Positions 36,636 to 44,412 of a stretch of DNA of 64,000 nt are shown in pieces. Every line of letters starts with the position of its first letter. Position 1 is the first letter of the stretch. The translations under genes and the position numbers were made by a program. Origin of the DNA: Rhizobacter sp. (GTDB lineage Bacteria > Pseudomonadota > Gammaproteobacteria > Burkholderiales > Burkholderiaceae_C); NCBI GenBank assembly GCA_025355745.1, contig JANXZA010000072.1, forward strand, positions 12,850 through 76,849, read 5' to 3'. The notes beneath the pieces were generated by a model that was given only the letters and a program-made list of their open reading frames with translations, made no database searches and was not told where the DNA came from.

Positions 36636-38303
36636 TCAGATCGGGTTGATCTTGAAGCCCTTGCGGTACTCGATCGCAGCCGCTTCGCGACCCTCAGGCG
36701 TCAACGCGCGGAAACCGATCAGCGGGCTACCCAGCGTGAAGCCCTTCACGTGGTCAAGCGTCCACATGTGCTTGTCGTCAAAGCGCAGGTGCGGTTGCGA
36801 GATCAGCGTCTTGCCGTCGGCGCGAACGAAGCCCAGGTCTTTGATGGCGTCGGCCAGGTCCCAGCCGTGGTAGCAATCCTCCCACTCGCGGCGCCCGCTG
36901 AAGCGGCCCATCGCCGGGGTGGCACGGCCCTCGTACTCGGCCGCGAAGGCGACCTTGTGGGTCCAGCGGCAGACTTCGGAACAGTAGGTGAAGGTCTTGC
37001 CATCCACCTCGTCGTAGCAGAAGTCTTCGCGGATCAGACAGGGCACCATGCAGCTCCAGCAACGGTGCGGATAGGCGTAGCCGCACTCCTGGTCGAACAG
37101 GATGTTGGTCTGACCCGGCACGCTCTTGCGCTCGTACCACTTCCAGTAGTCGCCGAACTCGGCGTACCAGCCCGGGTACTTGTGCTCGAACCACTCGAAG
37201 TCCTTGTCTTTCTGGGATTCGATGCGCCAGAAGTTGACCGGCCAGCCGACCGAGAAGAACTGCGCCGTCTTGTGCACATAGTTCTTCTTGACGATCCGGT
37301 CCCAGGCCGCCCCGACGTCGTCGTGGTGGATCTTCACGCCGTACTTTTCGAGCGGCAGCATGTAGGTGCGGTAATAGTCTTCGTAGATCCAGCGGTGCCA
37401 GAGTTCGGCGTACGACTCCTTGTTTTTGTCGCGGTCCGTGGTGCCGTACTCGACGAAGGTGCCGATGGCTGCATCGACGATCGCGTGGTTCTGCCAGAAC
37501 GCGTAGCGCAGGTCGCGCTCGAGCAGAAGGTGGTTGCTCGGGTCGTTGACGAGCGACATCAGCAGCGAGTGGCCATTGCCGATGTGGCGCGATTCGTCTG
37601 ACTGGACCGACAGGAACACGGTGGACAGCGCGTAGTCGCCGTTGCGCGCGGCTTCCGAGGGCATCGCGACGAACAGCGTGTTCGTGAACGCAGTTTCGGC
37701 CACCACCGTCAGGTAGACGTTGGCCGCGGTGATCGCGTCACCGGTCAGGAAACCTTCGGCGAACTGGCGGCCGATGGTGGTTGCGTAGCACTTGCCGAAG
37801 GCGGCTTCGGTGATGTCGAAGCCGGCCGGGTCGATGTAGTTTTCCATGTACCACTTCTTCAGGTTCATCTGAATCGTGGAGTGACGGAATTCATCGACCA
37901 TCTGCATCGTGAAGCCGGTGCGCAACTCTTCACCCGGGGCGAGCCGGGCGACCATCGCCATCGAGCGCGCGGCCGAGATTTCGGGGAAGGGAATGATCGC
38001 CAGGAACAGCTTCATCCACTCGACCCAGCGCGGTTGGGTGTTGCGGAACATGTCGCCGCGCAGCGCGGCGTCGAGTGCGCCGTAGACGCGGTTGTCCTTT
38101 TCTTCCTGCATCGGGAAGTAGGAGCGCAGCACCTGTTTCATCGGGTCGCGCGGGGCCTTGCCGATCTTGTAATCGGTCGGAAAGGTCATCGCCTCTTGCA
38201 CATAACTCGGCTGCCAGCCGAGGTCGGCAATGCGACGCGTCGCCTCGCCGATGTTGATCCCCTTTTGCGAGGTGATCTTGTTGAGTGTCAAACCAACAGA
38301 CAT
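36636..38303 (-). CDS. prmA: Soluble di-iron monooxygenase hydroxylase large (alpha) subunit, propane-2-monooxygenase group
   Basis: PEISAARS and two ExxH motifs (DEFRH, DESRH); NYIDPAGFD; GGAGAG RBS. Confidence 0.93.
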   Translation of the reverse strand: MSVGLTLNKITSQKGINIGEATRRIADLGWQPSYVQEAMTFPTDYKIGKAPRDPMKQVLRSYFPMQEEKDNRVYGALDAALRGDMFRNTQPRWVEWMKLFLAIIPFPEISAARSMAMVARLAPGEELRTGFTMQMVDEFRHSTIQMNLKKWYMENYIDPAGFDITEAAFGKCYATTIGRQFAEGFLTGDAITAANVYLTVVAETAFTNTLFVAMPSEAARNGDYALSTVFLSVQSDESRHIGNGHSLLMSLVNDPSNHLLLERDLRYAFWQNHAIVDAAIGTFVEYGTTDRDKNKESYAELWHRWIYEDYYRTYMLPLEKYGVKIHHDDVGAAWDRIVKKNYVHKTAQFFSVGWPVNFWRIESQKDKDFEWFEHKYPGWYAEFGDYWKWYERKSVPGQTNILFDQECGYAYPHRCWSCMVPCLIREDFCYDEVDGKTFTYCSEVCRWTHKVAFAAEYEGRATPAMGRFSGRREWEDCYHGWDLADAIKDLGFVRADGKTLISQPHLRFDDKHMWTLDHVKGFTLGSPLIGFRALTPEGREAAAIEYRKGFKINPI

Positions 38304-38413
38304 GGAAACTCTCCTTTGCTTGGTCAGTTAAATCGTGGCATCCAGCCGCTCGGGCCGTGACGGCGACGCCGCCCCGCCTCTGCGATCACGGGCTTGCGCC
38401 CTGTTGCTTGAGT

Positions 38414-38429
38414 AGCTATTCGCGTGCCA
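38414..38429 (-). promoter_or_regulatory. Sigma-54 (-24/-12) promoter of prmA
   Basis: Minus strand TGGCACGCGAATAGCT: GG/GC correctly spaced, one mismatch to TGGCAC-N5-TTGC, about 110 bp upstream of prmA. Confidence 0.75.
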
Positions 38430-38480
38430 TTGCTCCAAATCCCTAGAGCCGCCAATGCGTGCCCCGCGAACCGGTTCCGG

Positions 38481-38553
38481 TGTCGCAATGGGCGATCCGG
38501 CAGCGTCTTGTTTTAGGACGCTTCGCGGTGTCACCGCGTCCGATCGTGAGACG
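38481..38553. promoter_or_regulatory. Candidate upstream activator boxes (GTC-N9-GAC, 17 bp)
   Basis: CGTCTTGTTTTAGGACG (38504-38520) and CGTCCGATCGTGAGACG (38537-38553), plus a TGTCGCA half site at 38481. Confidence 0.55.
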
Positions 38554-38599
38554 CTTGCAGGCGTGGTCGGGCGGGTGGTGGCAGCCACGGCGCGGGCGC

Positions 38600-38902
38600 T
38601 CACGACAAGATGATTGACGCGCCGGCAGCGGCCGCAGGAGGCGCAGTTGCCGTCGCGGCGTTGGCACTCGCATGGGCCGCGCGTTGGCGGGCTTCACCTT
38701 CGGCAATGAAGCGTGCGGCGAGCACCAGCGCGCCCATCGAGAAGTCTTTGCCATGGGCGGCGGTCATCGCGCTGGCGATGTCGGCGAGCTGCTTGAAGAA
38801 CGCGTCCTTGCTGGCGGATTCGGCGTCGGCGCCAGCGCCAGCGCTCAAATCTTTTAAGTCATTCATATCATTCGGCTCATTCATGTCACGTGCCTGATTC
38901 AT
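38600..38902 (-). CDS. Small hypothetical protein in the monooxygenase accessory operon
   Basis: KDAFFKQLADIASAMTAAHGKDFSMGALVLAARFIAEG; ATGA overlap with the WD40 gene. Start could be one of several Met codons. Confidence 0.7.
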   Translation of the reverse strand: MNQARDMNEPNDMNDLKDLSAGAGADAESASKDAFFKQLADIASAMTAAHGKDFSMGALVLAARFIAEGEARQRAAHASANAATATAPPAAAAGASIILS

Positions 38903-40056
38903 CGCATGGCCCTTTCGGTTGTTTCAGAACCCGTGCGAGCGGGGCTGCGCACGGCAAAGAGCGGGTCCGGCAGTTCGACCCAGCCGAACACGCCGTCCTG
39001 GGTTCCAAAGGCGAGCCGGCTGCCGTCACCCGACCAGGCCAGCGCGTTCACCGCACCACCGCCCGAACCCTTGATGAACAGGCCTTCGTCGCTGCCCGGG
39101 CGGCACAGCATCACCGCGCCGTTGCCGTAGCCGGCCGCGATCAGCGACTGCTTCGGATGGCAACTGACGCAGTTCACCGGCGTCTGGCTCGGGATGCCGC
39201 ACTCGAGCGGCGAGCCGGCCGCGCCGGGCGGGTCGAACCCCCAGCACACCGGCCGGGTGCCGCCGCTGGTGGCAAGGTAGCGACCGTCGTGCGAGAACGA
39301 CAGCGACAGCGGCTGGCCCGGGTAGCCGCCCATTTCGATGTCGCCACCATCGGCGACGCGCCAGCCGTGCAGCGCGTTCTCCTGCATGCCGGTGACGAGG
39401 TAGCGGCCATCGTCGCTCCACGCCAGCGCGCGGTGGTAGCCCGGCCACACGAGCCGGCGAGGCAGCGCCGCGCTGGCCCACAGCGTGACCCCGCCACTGT
39501 GCGCTGCGGCCAGGCAGCTGCTGTCGCGGCTGAAGGCGAGTGCGGTGGCCGGCGCCGGCAGTTCGATGCTGTCGGTGCTGACCGAGCGGTCCTTGTTGTC
39601 GGCGCCCAGCGTCGTCATGCGGTGCAGGTTGCGGCCGCTGGCATACGCGCGCACGCCCATCCTGCTGCATGCCAGCGCATCGATCCAGGCACCGGGCAGA
39701 TCGGCCAGCACGACCGGGTTGCCGATGCGCGGCACATGGACCACGCGGCCATCGTCGCCCCCGGTGATGAAGCCGCCGCTGGCATCGCCGACCACCGTCA
39801 GGCAACTGCCTTGATGGCAATTGACTCGCACCGGCCGAGGCGGCGGCGACTCTGCTGCCACCACCGCCACGCCACCGCCCGGTTTGGGCTCGACGCGCGG
39901 GCCGCCGCGCCACTTCGCATTCGCTACGGCGAGGTGGCCGTCGCCGAGCGCGAAGCCGACCATGCCGCTCTCGACGCCCCAGGCCAGCGCGACCACCGGC
40001 GCGCCGAATTCCCAGCTCGCACCGAGCAGCGACAACAAGGATGCCGGCGCGTTCAT
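38899..40056 (-). CDS. WD40 repeat (beta-propeller) protein
   Basis: Repeated ALAFS/ALAWS..DG.. and GxDDG blades; overlaps cobW. Confidence 0.85.
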   Translation of the reverse strand: MNAPASLLSLLGASWEFGAPVVALAWGVESGMVGFALGDGHLAVANAKWRGGPRVEPKPGGGVAVVAAESPPPRPVRVNCHQGSCLTVVGDASGGFITGGDDGRVVHVPRIGNPVVLADLPGAWIDALACSRMGVRAYASGRNLHRMTTLGADNKDRSVSTDSIELPAPATALAFSRDSSCLAAAHSGGVTLWASAALPRRLVWPGYHRALAWSDDGRYLVTGMQENALHGWRVADGGDIEMGGYPGQPLSLSFSHDGRYLATSGGTRPVCWGFDPPGAAGSPLECGIPSQTPVNCVSCHPKQSLIAAGYGNGAVMLCRPGSDEGLFIKGSGGGAVNALAWSGDGSRLAFGTQDGVFGWVELPDPLFAVRSPARTGSETTERAMR

Positions 40057-41135
40057 GCTGTGGTCTCCAAAGTAGCAAGCTGATCAACCACATCAACCTG
40101 AACAACCTGAACATCCTGATCAACTTGACAAAACGCCAGCTCGCTGCGCAGTTCGTCGGCGTCGAGATGGCGGCCGATGAAGACGAGCCGCGACTCCCTG
40201 GCTTCGCCTTCGGCCCAGGCGCGGTCCAGGCCGCTGTCAACGGTCATGTGGACGGCCTGAAACACGAAGCGCCGGTCCTGGCCTTCAAAGGCGACGATGC
40301 CTTTGGCGCGCAGCAGGTCGGCACCGCGTTCGGTGACAAGGCGCTGCAGCCACGGCATGAAGCGGCTGCGTTCGAGCGGGCGCGAGAAGCTGATCGACAC
40401 GCTGCTCAGGCCCTGGCTGTGGCGGCCTGCGTCGGCCGCGCGGTAGACGTGTGATCGCGGCCCGGCCGGCGCGGCGCCGAGGCCAAGGCCAAAGCCGCCA
40501 CCGGGCGAAGCCATGCGCAGCCGGCTGATGTCGAACGCGCCCCGGTCGAGCAAATGCTCAAGCCCGATCTCGCCCTGCGCCGAGCGCCGCAGCTCGGTCG
40601 TCGGGTTCAGCGCGTGGGCTGCGCGCTCGGCCTCGAACAGCATTTCCGCGCTGGCCAGGTCGGCCTTGTTCAGCAACACCAGATCGGCCTGCGCGAGCTG
40701 TACGCCGGCCTCGGGCTGGCTGCGCAACTGCGCCGGCAGGTGCCGCGCGTCGGCCACGCAGATCACACTGTCGAGCCGCGTGTGCTGGCGCAGCAGGTCG
40801 TCGAAATAGAAGGTCTGCACCACCGGCGCTGGGTCGGCCAGGCCGCTGGTCTCGATCACGATGCCGTCGAAGCGGCCGGCGCGGCGCACCAGGTTGCTGG
40901 CGACGCGCAGCAGGTCGCCGCGCAGCTTGCAACAGACGCAGCCGTTGTTCAGTTCGTAGACCTCTTCCTCGGCGCCGATGACGAGCGCGCCGTCGATGCC
41001 GAGTTCACCGTACTCATTGACGATGACCGCATAGCGCTTGCCCGCCGCGCCGCGCAGCAGGCGATTCAGCAAGGTGGTCTTGCCGGCGCCGAGGAAGCCG
41101 GTCAGCACCGTGACCGGGATCGGAACGGAGGCCAT
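40053..41135 (-). CDS. CobW/COG0523 GTP-binding metallochaperone
   Basis: [43 protein letters not shown]-terminal domain. Confidence 0.93.
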   Translation of the reverse strand: MASVPIPVTVLTGFLGAGKTTLLNRLLRGAAGKRYAVIVNEYGELGIDGALVIGAEEEVYELNNGCVCCKLRGDLLRVASNLVRRAGRFDGIVIETSGLADPAPVVQTFYFDDLLRQHTRLDSVICVADARHLPAQLRSQPEAGVQLAQADLVLLNKADLASAEMLFEAERAAHALNPTTELRRSAQGEIGLEHLLDRGAFDISRLRMASPGGGFGLGLGAAPAGPRSHVYRAADAGRHSQGLSSVSISFSRPLERSRFMPWLQRLVTERGADLLRAKGIVAFEGQDRRFVFQAVHMTVDSGLDRAWAEGEARESRLVFIGRHLDADELRSELAFCQVDQDVQVVQVDVVDQLATLETTA

Positions 41136-41168
41136 GGCGGCGGTTTCAGTTGCTCACGGAATCAAGGA

Positions 41169-42212
41169 TCACGGGATCAGCACGGCGCGGCCCTTGATCT
41201 TGCCGTGATGCAGGTCGAGCAGCGCCTGGTTCGCGTCTTTCAGCCGGTACTCGCGCGTTGCCAGGTGCACCAGGCCGCGGTCGGCCAGCGCCATCAGCTC
41301 GACCAGCTCGGGGTAGGTGCCGACGAGGTTGCCGATGATGCTTTTCTCGCTCGTGATCATGTCCATCGACGGCAGCTCGATCTTGCCGCCATAGCCGACG
41401 ATGTAGTAGCTGCCGCCGTTGCGCGTCATCGCCAGGCCCTTGGCGATGGCATCGCCCTCGCCGACGAAATCGATCACCGCCTCAGCACCCTTGCCGCGGG
41501 TGAGTTCGAGCACCTGCGCCACTTCATTGCCGTCGGCCTTGACCAGGTGGTGGGCGCCGCATTCCTTGGCGAGCTGCAAGGCCAGGTCGGAGCGGTCGAC
41601 GATGATGATCTCGGCCGCACACAGCGCGGCCAGCACCTGGATGCCGATGTGGCCGAGGCCACCGGCGCCGATTACCACCGCGTACTCGCCCGGCAGCAGG
41701 TGGCGCGATGCCTTCTTCGCGGCGCGGTAGGCGGTCAGGCCGGCGTCGGTGTAGGGCGCCACGTCCTTCGGTGCCAGCGTCTTCGGCAGCTTGATCAGCG
41801 AGCGCTGGCCGGTGCGCAGGTACTCGGCATAACCGCCGTCGGCGTTGATGCCGGGGAAGCGGCTGTCTTCGGCATGCATGTCGTTGCCGCGCCGGCACGC
41901 AAGGCAGTGGCCGCTGGTGACGAGCGGGTGGCAGATGACGGCGTCGCCGACCTTCAGGCCGGTGACGGCCGAGCCCATCGCCTCGACCCAGCCGGCGTTC
42001 TCGTGGCCCATGATGTAGGGCAGCTTGACCTCGACCTTGTCGCTCCAGATGCCTTCGACCACGTGCAGGTCGGTGCGGCACACGCCGGCCCCGCCGATGC
42101 GAACGATCACATCGGTCGGGCTTTCGATCTTCGGGTCGGCCACGTCTTCGTAGTGGACGAAGGCGGCGCTGCTCAGCGTCTTGTCGTACTGGTGCAGTAC
42201 TGCGGCTTTCAT
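41169..42212 (-). CDS. Zn-dependent NAD(H) alcohol dehydrogenase
   Basis: CRTDLH, GHENAG, GAGGLGH; Asp (VDRS) after the Rossmann strand suggests NAD specificity. Confidence 0.93.
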   Translation of the reverse strand: MKAAVLHQYDKTLSSAAFVHYEDVADPKIESPTDVIVRIGGAGVCRTDLHVVEGIWSDKVEVKLPYIMGHENAGWVEAMGSAVTGLKVGDAVICHPLVTSGHCLACRRGNDMHAEDSRFPGINADGGYAEYLRTGQRSLIKLPKTLAPKDVAPYTDAGLTAYRAAKKASRHLLPGEYAVVIGAGGLGHIGIQVLAALCAAEIIIVDRSDLALQLAKECGAHHLVKADGNEVAQVLELTRGKGAEAVIDFVGEGDAIAKGLAMTRNGGSYYIVGYGGKIELPSMDMITSEKSIIGNLVGTYPELVELMALADRGLVHLATREYRLKDANQALLDLHHGKIKGRAVLIP

Positions 42213-42281
42213 GGCTCTGCTCCCGGCGGTTGCATGACGCCCGAACGGGCCACGTTGCCCGGCGTCTGTGCAACTCATTAC

Positions 42282-42296
42282 GCAACCGGCGTGCCG
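42282..42296 (-). promoter_or_regulatory. Sigma-54 (-24/-12) promoter of the adh-cobW-WD40 operon
   Basis: Minus strand CGGCACGCCGGTTGC matches YGGCAC-N5-TTGC, about 70 bp upstream of adh. Confidence 0.8.
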
Positions 42297-42324
42297 CTCC
42301 CCGCCCGGTTTGCCCGGTGCCGCT

Positions 42325-42337
42325 CAAGCCCTTGATT
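42325..42337 (-). promoter_or_regulatory. IHF binding site
   Basis: AATCAAGGGCTTG matches WATCAANNNNTTR exactly; lies between the sigma-54 promoter and the activator box. Confidence 0.65.
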
Positions 42338-42394
42338 TGAAAGGGCTGGCGGACAACGGTGGGGGTTTTTCCGAGGCTGTGCAGCGACCCTGGG

Positions 42395-42411
42395 TGTCGC
42401 AGGATCGGACG
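42395..42411. promoter_or_regulatory. Candidate upstream activator box
   Basis: TGTCGCAGGATCGGACG; its reverse complement CGTCCGATCCTGCGACA matches 38537-38553 at 14/17 positions. Confidence 0.6.
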
Positions 42412-42520
42412 CTTTTTCGAGGCGGACACCCCGAGTGCGCGACCCGAACCGGCACCGCGTTATCCCTTGCCGATCCGGCCTTGTCGGCTCGGGCGCAAAG
42501 AAGCGCCGCTCGCGGCGTTC

Positions 42521-42800
42521 TCAGTCCGCGCGCCAACACGCCGGGCGAGCGTCCACGGCCGTCACCGTGATCGAACAATTGGCCAGCTCCAGCGCTGTGA
42601 CGCAGGAGCCGGTGAGGTGGCGCACCGGCGTCACGTCGGTGCCGTGCATCACCTTCGGCGCGGCGTAGACCATGCCGTACAGCCCCGGCGTCGGCGTATC
42701 GCCGAAGCCGGTGCCAAGCACGATCACCGGCTGGCCGCGCCGCAGCGCCAGGCCCTGAGGGATCGCGCCTGTGAGCCGGGCGGCGATGCGACCCGATGAG
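42521..42800 (-). pseudogene. Remnant resembling the C-terminus of dihydroxyacetone kinase subunit K (DhaK)
   Basis: PVIVLGTGFGDTPTPGLYGMV..VRHLTGSCVTALELANCSITVT resembles the DhaK C-terminal pattern LVNGxGGTPxxELY..LVGxYxTSLEMxGxSIT; no N-terminal part or clear start. Confidence 0.5.
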
Positions 42801-42874
42801 CACGTTCGGCGCTGAACCCCACGGCAACCCGGGTTCGCGCCGGCGGGAAGCCGACAACCGATTTGATCGGTGCG

Positions 42875-43528
42875 CTACCCGCGCAGCCGCGCGACCATGA
42901 ACGCTGCCGCTTGAGTCAAGTGGGCGCGCACCAGGGTCTCAGCGCGGTCGCCTGCGCCGTCGATGATGGCGCCGAGGATTTCCGCGTGCTGGATCCAGAT
43001 GTCGCGCGGCGTCTCGTCGCGGGTCAGCACTTCGCCCATCACGCGCTGCGTGCAGGTCAGGTACGGAGCCAGCGTCGGCGCCATCAGCGGATTGCCCGAC
43101 AGCAAATTGATGACCGCGTGGAATTGCATGTCCGCAGCGATCATCTTCGGCACCGAGCCGCTGGCCACCGCCTTGCGGCCGGCCTCGATCAGCGCCGGCC
43201 CCAGCGCTGCGGCGCGCTTTGCGTTGCGTTCGGCGGCGAGCCGGCATGCCAGCCCTTCGATCACGGCGCGCAGGTCGTACATGTGGCGCACGTATTCCGG
43301 GTCCAGCGGCGCAACGATCAGCCGGCGGCCGGGCGCGTCGCGCAGCACTCCCTGGTTGAGCAGCACCGTCAGCGCTTGCTGGACCGGTTGGCGCGACACG
43401 CCCAGCGTGTGGGCCAGCGACGTCTGGACGAGGCGGTCGCCCGGCGCGAGCCGGCCCGAGGTGATCCCGTTCAGGATGGCGGCGTGCACCTGCTCGACGA
43501 GGCTGGGCGGGGCGGGCAGCGCCTTCAT
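42875..43528 (-). CDS. GntR (FCD) family transcriptional regulator, paralog 1
   Basis: SLVEQVHAAILNGITSGRLAPGDRL..LGVSRQPVQQAL wHTH plus FCD domain. Confidence 0.93.
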   Translation of the reverse strand: MKALPAPPSLVEQVHAAILNGITSGRLAPGDRLVQTSLAHTLGVSRQPVQQALTVLLNQGVLRDAPGRRLIVAPLDPEYVRHMYDLRAVIEGLACRLAAERNAKRAAALGPALIEAGRKAVASGSVPKMIAADMQFHAVINLLSGNPLMAPTLAPYLTCTQRVMGEVLTRDETPRDIWIQHAEILGAIIDGAGDRAETLVRAHLTQAAAFMVARLRG

Positions 43529-43656
43529 GGTGTCACTTTCGATCGAAACCAAACGGCGCTGACACAGCCAGCGCCCAGGCACGCCGCGATCACGCGGATC
43601 ACAGCATGCAGGAAACCGGCGCGGCGTCACAGTCGGGATAACACTGACTACAGAAC

Positions 43657-43668
43657 TCTGAATTCAGA
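43657..43668. promoter_or_regulatory. Palindromic operator TCTGAATTCAGA
   Basis: Perfect 12-bp palindrome in the gntR/Rieske divergent region; recurs at 54274 and 54317. Confidence 0.65.
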
Positions 43669-43789
43669 CTACATTGGATCGGGAGGTGCAATGTCACAGG
43701 TGCTTGCCGGGCGAACCGCAAGCCGATCCGTTGAAACGGGGTCGCACCAACCCGCCCTGCCATTCGCCCGCCCGACCCGAGACGCGACC

Positions 43790-44374
43790 ATGCCCTCACG
43801 AAACCCCTGCAGTTGCAACGGCGAGATCCCCTTCGACGCGGGCCGACGCAAGGTCATCCAGATCGGCGCCGCCGGCTTTGTCTCGCCCTGGGCACTGGCA
43901 CCGAGCCTCGCCCTTGCCAAGCCGATGGTCGGCGACCGCCTGGTCGAGGACGATGCCGAAGGCACGCCGGCGCCGCTGCGCGCCTCGGACCTGCGTCCTG
44001 GCAAGCCATTACTCGCCTTCCCGTTCGACGCCATCAAGGGCGAGGTGCGCAGCGACTCGCGTCTGAACAAGATCGTGCTGATGCGCTTCGCCGAGGCCGA
44101 CATGAACGCCGAAACCCGCGCCCGCTCGGCCGGTGGCGTGGTGGCGTTTTCGGCCATCTGCACGCACCAGGGCTGCGACGTGAAGACCTGGCTGCCGAAG
44201 GAGCAGGCGCTGGTCTGCTTCTGCCACTCGACCAAGTTCCTGCTGCTCGAAGGCGGCAGCGTGGCCAGCGGCCCGGCGCTGCGCTCCCTGCCCTCTCTGC
44301 CCTTGTCACTCGACGGCGATCAGCTCGTGATCGCCGGGCCTTTCAGTGCGCCTGCGGGTGGCACGACGGCTTGA
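43790..44374 (+). CDS. Rieske 2Fe-2S protein with Tat-like signal
   Basis: GRRKVIQIGAAG signal; CTHQGC...CFCHSTKF Rieske ligands; GPALRSLP. Confidence 0.9.
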   Translation: MPSRNPCSCNGEIPFDAGRRKVIQIGAAGFVSPWALAPSLALAKPMVGDRLVEDDAEGTPAPLRASDLRPGKPLLAFPFDAIKGEVRSDSRLNKIVLMRFAEADMNAETRARSAGGVVAFSAICTHQGCDVKTWLPKEQALVCFCHSTKFLLLEGGSVASGPALRSLPSLPLSLDGDQLVIAGPFSAPAGGTTA

Positions 44375-44412
44375 CCTTTTCGTTTGCCCCACCACCCCAA
44401 GGAGATGAACCC

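Noticed and set aside
33929-38303. Soluble methane monooxygenase (mmoXYBZDC)
   Set aside because: No gamma subunit, and the gene order alpha-reductase-beta-coupling protein matches prmABCD-type enzymes.
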